A DNA stretch of 64,000 nt from a virus (IMGVR_UViG_3300025000_000063:64001-128000); one strand, 5' to 3'. Positions 43,646-55,200 are shown, counted from the first letter of the stretch. Notes: generated by a model not told the origin, from the sequence alone. Program-made: numbers and translations.

Positions 43646-45307
43646 TTAAACAATACTAAATGTTATGCCCGGCGTTTTTAAATCAAAAGATATTCCGGGT
43701 GTTTTTAAATCAAAAGTTACTGTTACCTTGCCATGAGCAAGGGCAGTTAAAATGATTTTACCGTCAAAAACGTTTGTTGCGCTATCTGAAGCTATTACAA
43801 GTTTCCCATCCAGAATAGTTGTCCCATCGTCTCCTATAATTATCTTGCCATCCAGCAGCTCAATAGATGCTGTTTTGACAGATAACTTACCATCAAATAA
43901 ACTAACAGCATTCGTTTTTATCACAATTTTACCGTCAAGAAGATCAGAAGCAATGTCTTTGACGGTAATTTTACTATCTAAATTTAAGGTGTTATTTTTG
44001 GATATTATCAACTTACCATCGAGAGATAAGGTGGAATAGTCCTGGATTGAAATCAGACCATCCAGATAATCCGTTGTAACAGACTTGATTGATATTTTAC
44101 CGTCCAATAAGTCATAAACCGTGCCCCCGGATTCCAGCAGCATTTTACCATCAAGACTGTTAGTGACGTTGGACAGGACAGCGATCTTACCGTTCAACAG
44201 GTCGGAAGCAGTGTTTTTAATTTGGGCTTTGCCATCCAAATAGTTTAGCGCAATATCCCGTATAGTGGCCTTGCCGTCAAATAAGCTTGTCCCTGCGGAT
44301 TTTAGAACAAGTTTGCCATCCAGAGTACTCTGTCCAACATTACTTACGGTGGCTAAACCATTTAATAAAAGGGTAGCTGAATTCTGTACAGCCAATGATC
44401 CATCCAATAGAGCAATAGTGGTATCCTTCACCGCCAATTTACCATCGAGCAGATTTGTTATTGGAGTTTGTTCTGATAGTGCAACTTTACCATCAAGCAG
44501 GTTAATGGCATCGTCTTTAATTTTTAATAAACCATCCAGCAAAATACTTGATGCAGAAACAATTCTGATTTTTCCATCGAAAAAAGCAACAGCGGCATCT
44601 CCACCCCCATACGTTCCTGCTCTGATTTGGTCTATTATATCAGCAGTTTTGATGTCCTTAAAAACGACTGTCTCATCCATTAACCCATCAAAGGAGACCG
44701 ATCCGCCATCCCGAGACCCGATGAATAGCGCGCCATCTTCTACGTTAACATTATTTGTGAAATTTCCAGTTATTTCCTGGAATAAAGCGCCAGCGGTATG
44801 ATCCCAAACGCGTAACCGGTAGCTTTTGTCTGAGTCATCATATGTTGCCCCGTAGCTGTAAAACCGGCCGGTTAATAATGATGAAGTTAAATAAGCACCC
44901 TCAAAAGAAGCCCCGCCACTATAACCCAACAGAATCCCCAGCTTATTGGAATTATTATATATAGCAAAGCTGCGCTTGTTGGTGACATTCTCTCCTTTAC
45001 AGAATATGTACTGTGCGGCATTGACAGTCTCAAATTTAAGCCTGCCACACACGGTTATTTTTTTATTTGTATCTCCACTCTTAAATGGGAATCCTGCTGA
45101 CAAATTGGTGTCAAGAATATTACCATGCTCGTAGTTAAGTTGCTCAAAATCGGCGCAGCCTGCCCCCTCTATGTGATCAGCGGTGTTTGAGCCAATCGTG
45201 TTGTTATCAGTTAAGTCATTCGTGCTGATTGAATCTGCCAGTAAATCAGTTGGCTCAAATCGCCACAAGGCTACACAATTGGAGTCACCTGTAAAATCGT
45301 TAGACAT
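43646..45307 (-). CDS. Fibre-like protein: LamG/ConA-like head + 20 copies of a ~14-aa xLDGK repeat
   Basis: CVALWRFE...FIGSR...FDGLMDETVVF; repeats counted by eye. Confidence 0.75.
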   Translation of the reverse strand: MSNDFTGDSNCVALWRFEPTDLLADSISTNDLTDNNTIGSNTADHIEGAGCADFEQLNYEHGNILDTNLSAGFPFKSGDTNKKITVCGRLKFETVNAAQYIFCKGENVTNKRSFAIYNNSNKLGILLGYSGGASFEGAYLTSSLLTGRFYSYGATYDDSDKSYRLRVWDHTAGALFQEITGNFTNNVNVEDGALFIGSRDGGSVSFDGLMDETVVFKDIKTADIIDQIRAGTYGGGDAAVAFFDGKIRIVSASSILLDGLLKIKDDAINLLDGKVALSEQTPITNLLDGKLAVKDTTIALLDGSLAVQNSATLLLNGLATVSNVGQSTLDGKLVLKSAGTSLFDGKATIRDIALNYLDGKAQIKNTASDLLNGKIAVLSNVTNSLDGKMLLESGGTVYDLLDGKISIKSVTTDYLDGLISIQDYSTLSLDGKLIISKNNTLNLDSKITVKDIASDLLDGKIVIKTNAVSLFDGKLSVKTASIELLDGKIIIGDDGTTILDGKLVIASDSATNVFDGKIILTALAHGKVTVTFDLKTPGISFDLKTPGITFSIV

Positions 45308-45825
45308 TAAGGCCCAACCTCCGGAGGTTCAATATACCAATCATCCGTTATGCTCCCGCTGCCGTAAAGAGGCCCATAAACATATCTGTATTTCCACAGA
45401 TCGCCGTCGTTACCATACGGATCTGGCCCAAGGCCTTCTTTTACCAAAGAGAACAAAATTTCATATCCGTGCTCTTCTAATCGTTGAACTACATTCACCC
45501 TGACATTAAAAATTGTACGGAAATCGTCATTAAAAACATCAGGCATCCAAGTTCCCCAAGAGTCTGACTGGTCGTCTGGATGGGAACCGTAGTCAATCCC
45601 TACTTCCGTAGATCCGTTGCATGCTGCTTGAGACGGTATTAAAAGCCCTTGGAAGTATTGTCCATGCTGTGCAAAATACGCGGCCTGCTGACCCTTGATC
45701 AGACCGGTAATGATATTTTTCCTGGATCTGATATTTTGATAGTTCGGGTGTGACGTAATATCAGCCCAGACATATGAGACCAAAAACATAGACAAACTGA
45801 TAATCAAAAGCATGCTTTTTTTCAT
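45307..45825 (-). CDS. Hypothetical protein with Sec signal peptide
   Basis: MKKSMLLIISLSMFLVSYVWA|D. Confidence 0.6.
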   Translation of the reverse strand: MKKSMLLIISLSMFLVSYVWADITSHPNYQNIRSRKNIITGLIKGQQAAYFAQHGQYFQGLLIPSQAACNGSTEVGIDYGSHPDDQSDSWGTWMPDVFNDDFRTIFNVRVNVVQRLEEHGYEILFSLVKEGLGPDPYGNDGDLWKYRYVYGPLYGSGSITDDWYIEPPEVGP

Positions 45826-46142
45826 AATGATTCCCCTTTGGTTATTGTTTCAATTATCCCATCACCAAGGTCGCGTTGAGCCGTGATTTTAAATCCTTTT
45901 GTGACAACAGAACCTTTTTTGTGAGACCAGACATCAACGGTAAAGGCATAATCTTTTTCCCTTGGTATAAAGTCTATTTCGTCCGATTCATCGTCCGGTT
46001 TGCGAAGTTTGGTCAAATCAGCCGTTGCGCCCTTTGATGGTATCGTTTCAGGCGTTTGCAGGCACTGAGCGTATTTACCCTTGGCGGCGAATAAGCTCTT
46101 CTGTTTTTGTTCAAGATCCAGGATGTCATCAATTATTGCCAT
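45822..46142 (-). CDS. Hypothetical protein resembling the mature part of the downstream gene
   Basis: KYAQCLQTP vs QYFQGLLIP; FTVDVW vs FNVRVN. Confidence 0.5.
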   Translation of the reverse strand: MAIIDDILDLEQKQKSLFAAKGKYAQCLQTPETIPSKGATADLTKLRKPDDESDEIDFIPREKDYAFTVDVWSHKKGSVVTKGFKITAQRDLGDGIIETITKGESL

Positions 46143-46395
46143 TAATTTTTATCCCTCATATAGTTTACTTTTTTCAATTCCCGCATTTCTTTAACCCAAG
46201 CATCCGGCATGGGCCAGTAATACCAATCAAAACCTATCAATTTAAAGCCTTTCAAGGGCTTCTGCTTGATGATGCACTCATCCAAAACGGACTATCACCC
46301 CATGCTTATAAAGCAGATTGAATACTATATTATAAAGACTTGACTGCGATTGTGAAACTGACTTAACTGTTATTAATGATGAGAACGCCATGGTT

Positions 46396-48570
46396 TCATC
46401 TTCCCCCTATGCGCAACATGCCTTGATATTTTATAGGCATACCTGCTTTTTGGTCGACCCCGAGGTTATATTTTCCATAGATAAGATTATTATAATAGTC
46501 TCGCTCACCATATAAAATTGACATATCTATTCCAGCGTCTATTAAAATAGAATTTTTACTTACTCTATAATTATCATTTACAGGGAATGATCTTGTCCAT
46601 CTTAGTCCGTTAGCGTCTGCATCTGTTCCAGATCGAACGTAGGCAATCGTGGCTTCGGAATTATTTACCCCCGCAAAGTTATTATGCAGTGCATCTAAAA
46701 TAAGTGTCCAATTGGCTTCAGAGTAAGTGTTTTGATGAAAAACAATTGTCATCAAGGCTCCTGTATAATTGGCAAAATCAACAAGCGTGGCGGCCCTCCT
46801 GTCGATATCTGATGTAGCGAAATAGTCCTCCACCAAGGCCCACCATATCTGGTATATAGATAGACCGTATGCCGATGCAGACTGATAATCATCCGCCATG
46901 GTATAACTTCCTGACCCGCTGGTGCTCCAGGCAGCTAAAAACGGGATTGTTCCGCCTTTAGCCCACCATCCGGCAGCATCAGATGATAACCATGCCCTAA
47001 CCGTGGCATCAGAACTACCTCCGGGACAATCAATCCCGTTTACTGCAATGCCATGAGTTTCTATTATTTTTTTTGGCTCTACCAGTTCCGTATAATACAT
47101 CCGATTGCGGTCCAAAATAGTTGCATATGCTGATGCTGTGCTTACGCCTGTAACGTTTGCCAGCGACACGGACCTGGCAGAATTTCTTCTGTTGGTAGCC
47201 CCGGTTCCATCCCCGGAATTTGCAACAATTGATGTCCACAACGGCAACGCCTCTATGGCATTGGACAGGGTCAATAAAGTTCCGTAACTTCCAGATCCGG
47301 ATATGTCGAATGTATATTTCGCGGGTTCCCCGGTTTCACCTAAAACAACAGTGCCGGTCCAGGAATCAGACGATGCGGCCGAATCATCAATCGAGATCGT
47401 CATTGTTGATCCGGCTGGACCGGTGATGGTCAAACCACCGAGAGATGTAAGGGTAAGATGATTTTCTGTCGTTAAAACAACAGAATGTCCCTGGGCTATA
47501 AAACTATTTAAAAAAGCCCAATCTCCTGATACAAGCGTCCTCACACCCCTTATCCCTAATGTGATATATTGCCCCAAATTCGCAGCGTATGCGGCCACAG
47601 GGGAAATAACTGACAAATCAGAAAAATCCCAGAAATGCATATGCAAATTTATTATTCCGGTTCTGCGGGGGGTTGTGAACTCAGGGGAATCGTATATCGT
47701 GCCGGTTAATGTCCCCATATTATTTATTCCGAAATCTATGGGATCGAATGGGTTTCCAAGGATAAGATTATTGGCACCTGAAACAACGGCATTCGCAGAC
47801 GTATTACTGACTATATGTTTCGTGGCTAAGGAAACCGAATTAGCGACAAAAACGTTATTATTTAAATTTACGACCTGGGCGCTGTCTGTGCCAATCACAA
47901 AAGCCTCGTTCAGGTTCCCAATAAAAAGGTTATTGGCTAAATTATGGGTGCCTTTAAAAGCCGTATAGTATGCAGCACTGTCTTTAAAAACGGAATAGTA
48001 GATATTAGCAGTATTTCCAGCAACATTGTTATTGATGAAATACGCGCCAGAAATACCCGAAAAAGTAGAACGCCATAAGGTCAGTGTCCCATTATTAAAT
48101 ATTCCCCTGGCTCCATTTGTGATTTTTACTCCGTACCCGACTATGGTTAAATTCGAAGCTCCATAAATATTATAGTTTGTCCCGGTGGACCCTGTGAATT
48201 CTATGTTATTCAAAGTGCATGAATGCGTCGGAGAAAAAGTATGCGTGCCTGCGCTTACTCCATCTATTACGACCATTCCTATGCCATTGATGCTCTGCCC
48301 AGAAGCTGTTGTCTTTAATCCTCCGGAGGCATCCAGCATTGTCCCTGAATATGTACCAACGCAAATATTAATAATTCCATTCGTGGAGGACTCTGTTAAA
48401 GCTGCGACTATAGATCCAGCCGTATCTTCAGCCGTAACCCCGTCACAGGACGAACAGGAGGAATCGTAATAAACTGCTCCTCCTATATTTTTTATGAATA
48501 CGGTGGCACCCCAAGACTGCCCGACCAGTACCCACAACAAGATACAGAGCCCAAAAAATAATTTTTTCAT
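46396..48570 (-). CDS. Secreted beta-helix + degenerate polysaccharide deacetylase (CE4/NodB-like) protein
   Basis: Signal peptide MKKLFFGLCILLWVLVGQSWG; N/G-rich beta-helix; GHSVVLTTENH, ELVEPKKIIE, IDCPGG. Confidence 0.65.
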   Translation of the reverse strand: MKKLFFGLCILLWVLVGQSWGATVFIKNIGGAVYYDSSCSSCDGVTAEDTAGSIVAALTESSTNGIINICVGTYSGTMLDASGGLKTTASGQSINGIGMVVIDGVSAGTHTFSPTHSCTLNNIEFTGSTGTNYNIYGASNLTIVGYGVKITNGARGIFNNGTLTLWRSTFSGISGAYFINNNVAGNTANIYYSVFKDSAAYYTAFKGTHNLANNLFIGNLNEAFVIGTDSAQVVNLNNNVFVANSVSLATKHIVSNTSANAVVSGANNLILGNPFDPIDFGINNMGTLTGTIYDSPEFTTPRRTGIINLHMHFWDFSDLSVISPVAAYAANLGQYITLGIRGVRTLVSGDWAFLNSFIAQGHSVVLTTENHLTLTSLGGLTITGPAGSTMTISIDDSAASSDSWTGTVVLGETGEPAKYTFDISGSGSYGTLLTLSNAIEALPLWTSIVANSGDGTGATNRRNSARSVSLANVTGVSTASAYATILDRNRMYYTELVEPKKIIETHGIAVNGIDCPGGSSDATVRAWLSSDAAGWWAKGGTIPFLAAWSTSGSGSYTMADDYQSASAYGLSIYQIWWALVEDYFATSDIDRRAATLVDFANYTGALMTIVFHQNTYSEANWTLILDALHNNFAGVNNSEATIAYVRSGTDADANGLRWTRSFPVNDNYRVSKNSILIDAGIDMSILYGERDYYNNLIYGKYNLGVDQKAGMPIKYQGMLRIGGR

Positions 48571-48579
48571 ATGCACTCC

Positions 48580-48936
48580 TTAATAATTCCTCTTTTTAGC
48601 CGGAAATACATATAGCTTAGGGGTTCCAGAAATTGCTTTAGCATAAAAAATAGTAGTACCAGGAGGCACCAAATGATCCCAAGAAACCCCCACAACATTA
48701 TTCGATATTTCCGTAGGAGTATCTGATCCATTCGCAGTTAAATATAAATACCAGCCAGAATCGTCCGATAATAAAACGCTAAACCCATAACAAGGTTGCG
48801 TTCCAGTAGTTATTGCCACCGGATCACCTGTCGTGCTCAAGGTGAAAGAAATAGGAGCGTAAATCAGATCCACTCCCGCAAAAACATCCCCGAGTAAAAT
48901 CAATGAAATTACAATAATACAAAATAATTTTTTCAT
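48580..48936 (-). CDS. Hypothetical protein with signal peptide
   Basis: MKKLFCIIVISLILLGDVFA|G. Confidence 0.6.
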   Translation of the reverse strand: MKKLFCIIVISLILLGDVFAGVDLIYAPISFTLSTTGDPVAITTGTQPCYGFSVLLSDDSGWYLYLTANGSDTPTEISNNVVGVSWDHLVPPGTTIFYAKAISGTPKLYVFPAKKRNY

Positions 48937-48999
48937 TTATATCTCCAATATTTTTCTATTGACTTCCGCAGTTTATCCAAATATACCATAAAGCCCCCC

Positions 49000-49578
49000 T
49001 TACTTATCTTTTTGTAAATCGTCTTTTTTAGCCCAACTCTCTTTATATTTTTGGGAATACCACTGCACGAAAGCCAAACCAAATTCTATCATTTCCGTGG
49101 CGGTCATCTCGTGATTTATATTCGCCTCGTCTCGATATTCAACTTTTGTTGTGGCATCGCCTTTTAATTGTAATGCCAGAGCTGCCACCCCCAGACCCGT
49201 AATATTGATAATATCCCGATCTGACTTAATATCCACAATGCCCTCAATCCCGTCCGGGAATTTATAAGACATCCCGGATTGGATTGTCTGCTCCCGTTTG
49301 GTATTGATTTCAGTGGCCTTCTGTTTTTGTAAGGCCAATACCGAAATTGAAACGACTTGATTACCGAGATCGGTTCGAACCCACCCACCGGCAGAGGTAT
49401 AGAAATAGTGCCCACCCTGCCAGTCATCCGGAATGTTTTCAATTGTTTCGATAACATGATCCACCTGATTGCAGAAAGGCGCGGAAAATCCTGATCCAAC
49501 CAGCTTACCATTAACCCAGGACAGCTCGTCTTCTGCGAATATCACTGTGTTGGTCTTTACGTCTTTGACTACTTTCAT
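49000..49578 (-). CDS. Tail fibre assembly-type protein (DUF4376-like)
   Basis: EINTKREQ...NITGL...YRDEANINHEMTATEMIEFG. Confidence 0.7.
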   Translation of the reverse strand: MKVVKDVKTNTVIFAEDELSWVNGKLVGSGFSAPFCNQVDHVIETIENIPDDWQGGHYFYTSAGGWVRTDLGNQVVSISVLALQKQKATEINTKREQTIQSGMSYKFPDGIEGIVDIKSDRDIINITGLGVAALALQLKGDATTKVEYRDEANINHEMTATEMIEFGLAFVQWYSQKYKESWAKKDDLQKDK

Positions 49579-51347
49579 TATCCAACCTCTATCCTATCTG
49601 CATAAATATAATTGCTGTCACCGCCGTTTCTGATAAAAAGCGCCCCGGCCTCATCAAGACCAACCAAATTTTTGTTTGCATACGTTGTACCAGTCCTGCC
49701 TATATCTGTTTTTGATTCAAGAGACAAAACGCAATCTCTGAAAACTGAGCTGCCGACTACTTTTATTTTATAAATTGTGGTTTGACCGCTTTTAAAAGGA
49801 TCAACAGCCAGCAAAAAAGTACTGGAATCTATCTTCGCAAAAGAGTTTTTGTCCATATATTGGGGTACTACACAAGTCCCTAAATATAGAGATTTTTTAA
49901 GGGTAAGTGAGCTGTCATATAGGCCCACCATTAAATCCATAGGAATTGTAGTGGTAACGGTCCCCTGCAAATACGCCACTACAAAATAATCCGCTGATAC
50001 CGCTCGAATAGACGAAATCCCGTTATAAGTGCCTATTACTCCAGCCGATATATACGCAAGCGTGTTCCCTCCCGTCCAAGCTATTTTTTTTACTATGGAA
50101 GTTCCATTGACCTTTGCTGATAAAATCATCGTTGCTGTACTGATAGTGCCTTCCAGCACGTCCGCGCTATAATCACTTGATGCTGCACCGAAATCTGATT
50201 TTTGTTCTGCCGTATTCGACTCAATTGTGGACCCATTCCAATCCAACACCTGGACATAAGTATAGGTCCCGGCATCTGTAGCAGAATTGTAGTACATAAC
50301 GCCTATTTTACCATCAGTGGCGTGCGGATAAATAGGCACTACAGCGAGGGGAAAAGCCGTGCTGAAGGCTGCGGTGTCTTTAAACTCGTGGGTGTCTGTT
50401 AATGCCAGAGTGTTCGTGCCCGGCGTATAGGTGACTGCGCATATTTTACCGTCTTGGTCTGTATCAACATACCCTATAATCCCTACAGTATCGGTCATTC
50501 TGCAACCGGAGACGCCGTTTATCGTGGTAGCGGATATTTCAAGCTGATTAGATTCTGTTATTGCTGGAGTCCCTGGTACCCACGTTAATACCGCGGCGAG
50601 GCCTTTAGTTGCCTCAGCCCATGCAACCAAAACAGTGGTAGGCGTTAATTTGAAGGCATTGATATAATCTGAATTCGCGGAATTTAAAACGGTCTGCACT
50701 CTGGCCAAGAGCAAATCGGCCCAGTCAGAAGCTCTCCAAGAGTCTCCCACCCTGGTTATTCTACCAAAACCTTTAGCATCGATGGCCGCTATAAACACCC
50801 CTGTACTGTCTTTAACTCCGTATTTAAACGCCCCATCGTTAAAAAAATCAAAAAAATCACCGTTTTGCAACACAGCGACGTCTGGAAGAACCACAAACTT
50901 TTCCGCCGCCGTCATGCTCAAATATTGAACAGTTTTAGATGCATACGTTAAAGTTACATCCGCCGCGCTGGTTGTGGTGTCTACCCCGGTCCTTAAATTT
51001 GTTGGGATAACCCACTTGGAGGATGTTCCCGGCACCTCCAGAGTCACATCCGCCACGTATTCCGTTAATGTCCATATCTGATTCAAATGATAGGCCGATG
51101 CCGGGACATTTAAGGCGCCGGTCAAAGAAGAATATAGCCCCACAAAATTAGAGAAAGAAGCTGCATTGGCAGCCGCTTCAATTTCAGGAATCAAGGCGTT
51201 TATGCCGGATATGCTGGCATTCATGTTCACAGCAAGAGTTGACTCATAAGTCAGTTGCTGCGCGGTGTATAAACTAAAATTAGTTTTTTGTCCTCTGATC
51301 GCAACTCCCCCGGTATAAACCGGAATAGGTAATACTGGTGTAGTCAT
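49578..51347 (-). CDS. Tail tip/fibre protein
   Basis: Position downstream of TMP, beta-rich. Confidence 0.6.
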   Translation of the reverse strand: MTTPVLPIPVYTGGVAIRGQKTNFSLYTAQQLTYESTLAVNMNASISGINALIPEIEAAANAASFSNFVGLYSSLTGALNVPASAYHLNQIWTLTEYVADVTLEVPGTSSKWVIPTNLRTGVDTTTSAADVTLTYASKTVQYLSMTAAEKFVVLPDVAVLQNGDFFDFFNDGAFKYGVKDSTGVFIAAIDAKGFGRITRVGDSWRASDWADLLLARVQTVLNSANSDYINAFKLTPTTVLVAWAEATKGLAAVLTWVPGTPAITESNQLEISATTINGVSGCRMTDTVGIIGYVDTDQDGKICAVTYTPGTNTLALTDTHEFKDTAAFSTAFPLAVVPIYPHATDGKIGVMYYNSATDAGTYTYVQVLDWNGSTIESNTAEQKSDFGAASSDYSADVLEGTISTATMILSAKVNGTSIVKKIAWTGGNTLAYISAGVIGTYNGISSIRAVSADYFVVAYLQGTVTTTIPMDLMVGLYDSSLTLKKSLYLGTCVVPQYMDKNSFAKIDSSTFLLAVDPFKSGQTTIYKIKVVGSSVFRDCVLSLESKTDIGRTGTTYANKNLVGLDEAGALFIRNGGDSNYIYADRIEVG

Positions 51348-52265
51348 TTAAACAAACCCCTCAAATGTTATCGAACATTCACTTACCCCCGGACCCGGAA
51401 CCACTATGGAAAAATCCGTGAAAAATCCGTAACCGTTCATAGACGTTATCCCGTAATCTACGTCATCCCCGATAAAAGCAACCCCTACCGCATCCATTTC
51501 CGACAATATAGAATCCACCTCATCAACAAATTCATTTTCGATAATGAGATCCAGTTCAACTTCTCTGGCGCTTGGTCGTTTAGTAAACTCAACCCTACCG
51601 TACTCATCTCGATCAGTTTTGGAAAAAGATAAGCGCCCTATTTTTGGCCCCCACACAGTTTTCCCCAAAGACATCAACTTTCCTACCACAACCGCGCCAG
51701 CTTTGACGGTCTCACCGGAATAAGAAATTGTGATAGTCGTAACCGCATCCGGGTATGGCGGCAAATCAAGATCCACAATTGTTTTGATGTATCGAACCGG
51801 TTTAAAATAGTAATCGTAATAATCATCAACTTCCATGTCAATCGCAGAATGTACTTTACGATAAACCTCACCCTCAACGGGATCAGTCATAACGATAGTC
51901 ACCGTTTCGGCCTCAATATTAAAAATAGCACAGGCGTCTATTATCTCTCCGGGCGTAATTTCCACCACGATTTCATCTGTTGTAACCGTCTGAGAGTTAA
52001 CAAACTCGTCAGACAGCATTTTCCACGGGTTAGTAGCTCCTAAATAAATCCATTTCGGGGTGGCAGATACCCGATCATCCGTTGTATTTGGATCATTCCC
52101 GATATTACTCCCAGCCACACTTTCCCATTCTTCGTGCTGAGCAGCGATCATCACGGTATCCCCCGCGGCATATGTTGTACCCACCGCCCATTCCGGATTA
52201 TCTGTTTCCGGGACATCCGTAGTTGTGTTTACATCTGTTAAAAGGACAGGGATAATGGCTTTCAT
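51348..52265 (-). CDS. Distal tail-type protein with W-x-x-G-T-T-Y-x-x-G-D carbohydrate-binding-like motif
   Basis: Directly after TMP; EWAVGTTYAAGDTV, LGATNPWKM. Confidence 0.65.
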   Translation of the reverse strand: MKAIIPVLLTDVNTTTDVPETDNPEWAVGTTYAAGDTVMIAAQHEEWESVAGSNIGNDPNTTDDRVSATPKWIYLGATNPWKMLSDEFVNSQTVTTDEIVVEITPGEIIDACAIFNIEAETVTIVMTDPVEGEVYRKVHSAIDMEVDDYYDYYFKPVRYIKTIVDLDLPPYPDAVTTITISYSGETVKAGAVVVGKLMSLGKTVWGPKIGRLSFSKTDRDEYGRVEFTKRPSAREVELDLIIENEFVDEVDSILSEMDAVGVAFIGDDVDYGITSMNGYGFFTDFSIVVPGPGVSECSITFEGFV

Positions 52266-55200
52266 GCAATCACCCTCACTTTCATAGCGTCAACATCGTT
52301 AAACCGCTTCAGCAATTTTGTAGTTTCCAAAGTATTTTTAACCGTTTGATAATTCAAAGTCTCCAGACGCTCTGTCTGTTTTTCAATAGCTTTGACAACG
52401 GCATCATTGTCAGGAAGTTTTTTGTTTGGGATAATCCATTCATCCCCGTGGAAAGTGGCATCCGGCATTTTATACCCAGAATCAGGTCCAGAGATAAACC
52501 CCCCGTCCCGGAACTGCCTGCCCTCGTTCAATCCGTACATCAGGTAATGTTCCAGCCCACTGGCAAATTGCCCGGATTGTACTGCCTGGGCTACGTCTAA
52601 ATTGTTGGCAAGGTATGTGTCCTCTTTCGTCAAAGAGGCGTATCCAGTGGCTCCACGGCCTTCATATTTGCCATACAAGTCATAGTGTTCTTGGCCGCTG
52701 GTAAACTGCCCGGCAGCCACAGCCGCGGCTACGTCAGGATTCGCAGCCAGATAAGCAGCTTCCGGGTCTGCCGTTGTTTGTGCTGTAATCAATGCGGCTT
52801 GGGCAGCAAAGAAGGCTTGCATTAACTGCTCGATGGTTTGGGAGCTGTCCAACAAACTTTTCAAAGTCGCAATTTCTTCCTGCATCCAGGAATTATCCAG
52901 TTCCATTTGTGCTGATTCGTATGCAGCACGGGCAGCGGCAATATCCGTCACGTTGGAAGAAACCCCATTGACTTCGTCCATCAAGCCTTCCAAGTATTCG
53001 GTCTGTTTTTCAGCTTCAGATAATTGATCAACGGCGGAGTCCTCAACCCCAGTCAACAAAACGGAAGTCTTTGCCAAGTCACGGGCATAATCAATCCAAG
53101 AAACTGAAGTGGACTTGGCAGTGTCCAGATACTTTTCCGAAACCGACAATAGGCTGTCTATGGATTCTGTATCCCCTGACATGGCTGAACTTGCCAGAGA
53201 CGACATTTGAGATGCATAAATGCTTTTACCGGTAACGCCGATTGTCCCGGCAGTTGACCACATTTCAGACTTGAAATCTTGCAAACTTTTGATGGCCGGA
53301 GTAAGCGCCGACACGATATCTTGCTGTGCGCTCAGTTCATCGTCTAAAAGACTCAGATAATTTTCTTTGGCCGTGGCCGCCTTATCCTCCAGGATGGATA
53401 ATTCGCTTTCAAGGGCAGATAAATATTCCTGGCCGGCGGAATTCCTGGAAGAAGTAAGAGAATCAATATCTATCCCGGCATTATCAAAAAAGTCATCCCA
53501 TTTTTCGGACAAAGCGTCCACTTCCGAAATAATGCTGGATATATCAAGTTGGTCTATGATGTAAGGCAAATAATCAAACATCTTTTCAACATCACCGCCC
53601 ACGGCATCAAAAACTTCCCCCAGCTTAATATTAAAAGGAGTGATATATTTTTCAATGACTTCGTTTGTCAACGAAACAGCCAAAGAGGAAGATACTGACT
53701 GTTTCATGATATCAGAAATCAAGCTCCCGGTATCTCCACCCATTATTGCCTGTTGCAAGGCCGAGCTTACGTTTGTGGCAGTTAGCCCACTGACCTGCAT
53801 ACCCAAAGCCGTGGTGCGGTTTTTCTCGGCTTCTGTAACTTCTTCCAGCGTAGCCAAAGAATCATTAAGGGCGTCAATCCACGTCTCAAACTGATCAATG
53901 ATTTGAACCAGGGGATCTGTAATTTTTATCAATGGGTCCATCATGGCGTCCATTTCCGTAAAAATACCCATGATCGATTCCAGATTCAAAAAAGCTTGCA
54001 AAGAATCATCACCTAAAGCGGTCATCTGCCCGGAAAACTTTTCCAAGAAATCAGTCGTCCCTTCGACAACCGTATTAAAATCTATAAACGCCTGGAAAAG
54101 ATCCTCATCATCACCCTTTATGGATTCAAAAAAATCAACCCCGAAAGATTCGAACCCGGAACCCATCGTTACCGTTTTTAAACCGTCTAAGATACCTTCA
54201 AAAACATTGTTGCTAACCGCTTCCAGGATTGCGTCGGTATCCATGCCTTCGGTATACACCCAACCCCTATTTTTGGCCCCTGCATCGTATTTTTCCAGAG
54301 TTTCGGCGAATGCCCCGGAAAGTGCTTCATCTACCGCAGCAAACCGAGTATCAAAAAACTCCAAAAGGGTAGCGGAAGATTCCCCACCCATGTCCTGAGC
54401 AAAGAGTTTGTAATTGTATTTGGTTGAGTTAAGACTCCCGGTCGATGGAGATTCTTCCTCCCAAGATCCACCTTGTATCCCTATTGCCGGGGTCGGGTCA
54501 TCTTCAAAGAGAGACGTGATCAACGGGATAGCTATAGCTGCAATAGCCGCATAAGGGGCGAGGGCAGAAAGCGTAGAAGCTATGCCCGCTGTTCCAGCAG
54601 CTTCGGCTCCGGCCGCGACCATATATTCAGCTCCACCATAATAAGCAGCGCTCGTGCCTGCCATGGAAGCGCCTGTCCCGTACCAATTGGAATTACCGAA
54701 TATGCTGGAGCCTACTTTTCCCCCAAGGCCGGTTGTTAGAAAATTTGAAACTCCGCCATTGGCGGCATTGTATAAAGAGTTGGCTCCGGAAGCCGTATTA
54801 AGTAAATTTGACCCTGAACTCGCCATGCTTGAAAATGAAGTTCCGTTCCATGAGGCACCCAAGGCGGAGCCAATTTGCAAACCGATAGGGATCACAAAAT
54901 TCTGGGCAATTATTGAAGCAGCAATCTCATAAAGCATATCCTTGAAAATGCTGACGATCTTATCCGCCATGTTTTCATGATTTTCTATAATATCTTTGAT
55001 GTTGTCTTTTATGGTATCGGAGAAATCCACATAGGCTTCCAAGGCCTTCTCCTGGGATTTTTTATAATCCTCCGCCCATTTATCCCGGGACTTTGCGAGG
55101 TCTTCTTCAGCCTTCTTCCGGTCAGAAACCGCCTTTAATTCTTGTTCTGCCTGATAAGCAATCTGGGCCTCATCGGCCAGGCCCGAATCATCCCACGTCA

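Noticed and set aside
43646-51347. Diversity-generating retroelement acting on fibres
   Set aside because: No reverse transcriptase and no TR/VR repeat pair differing at adenines was seen.
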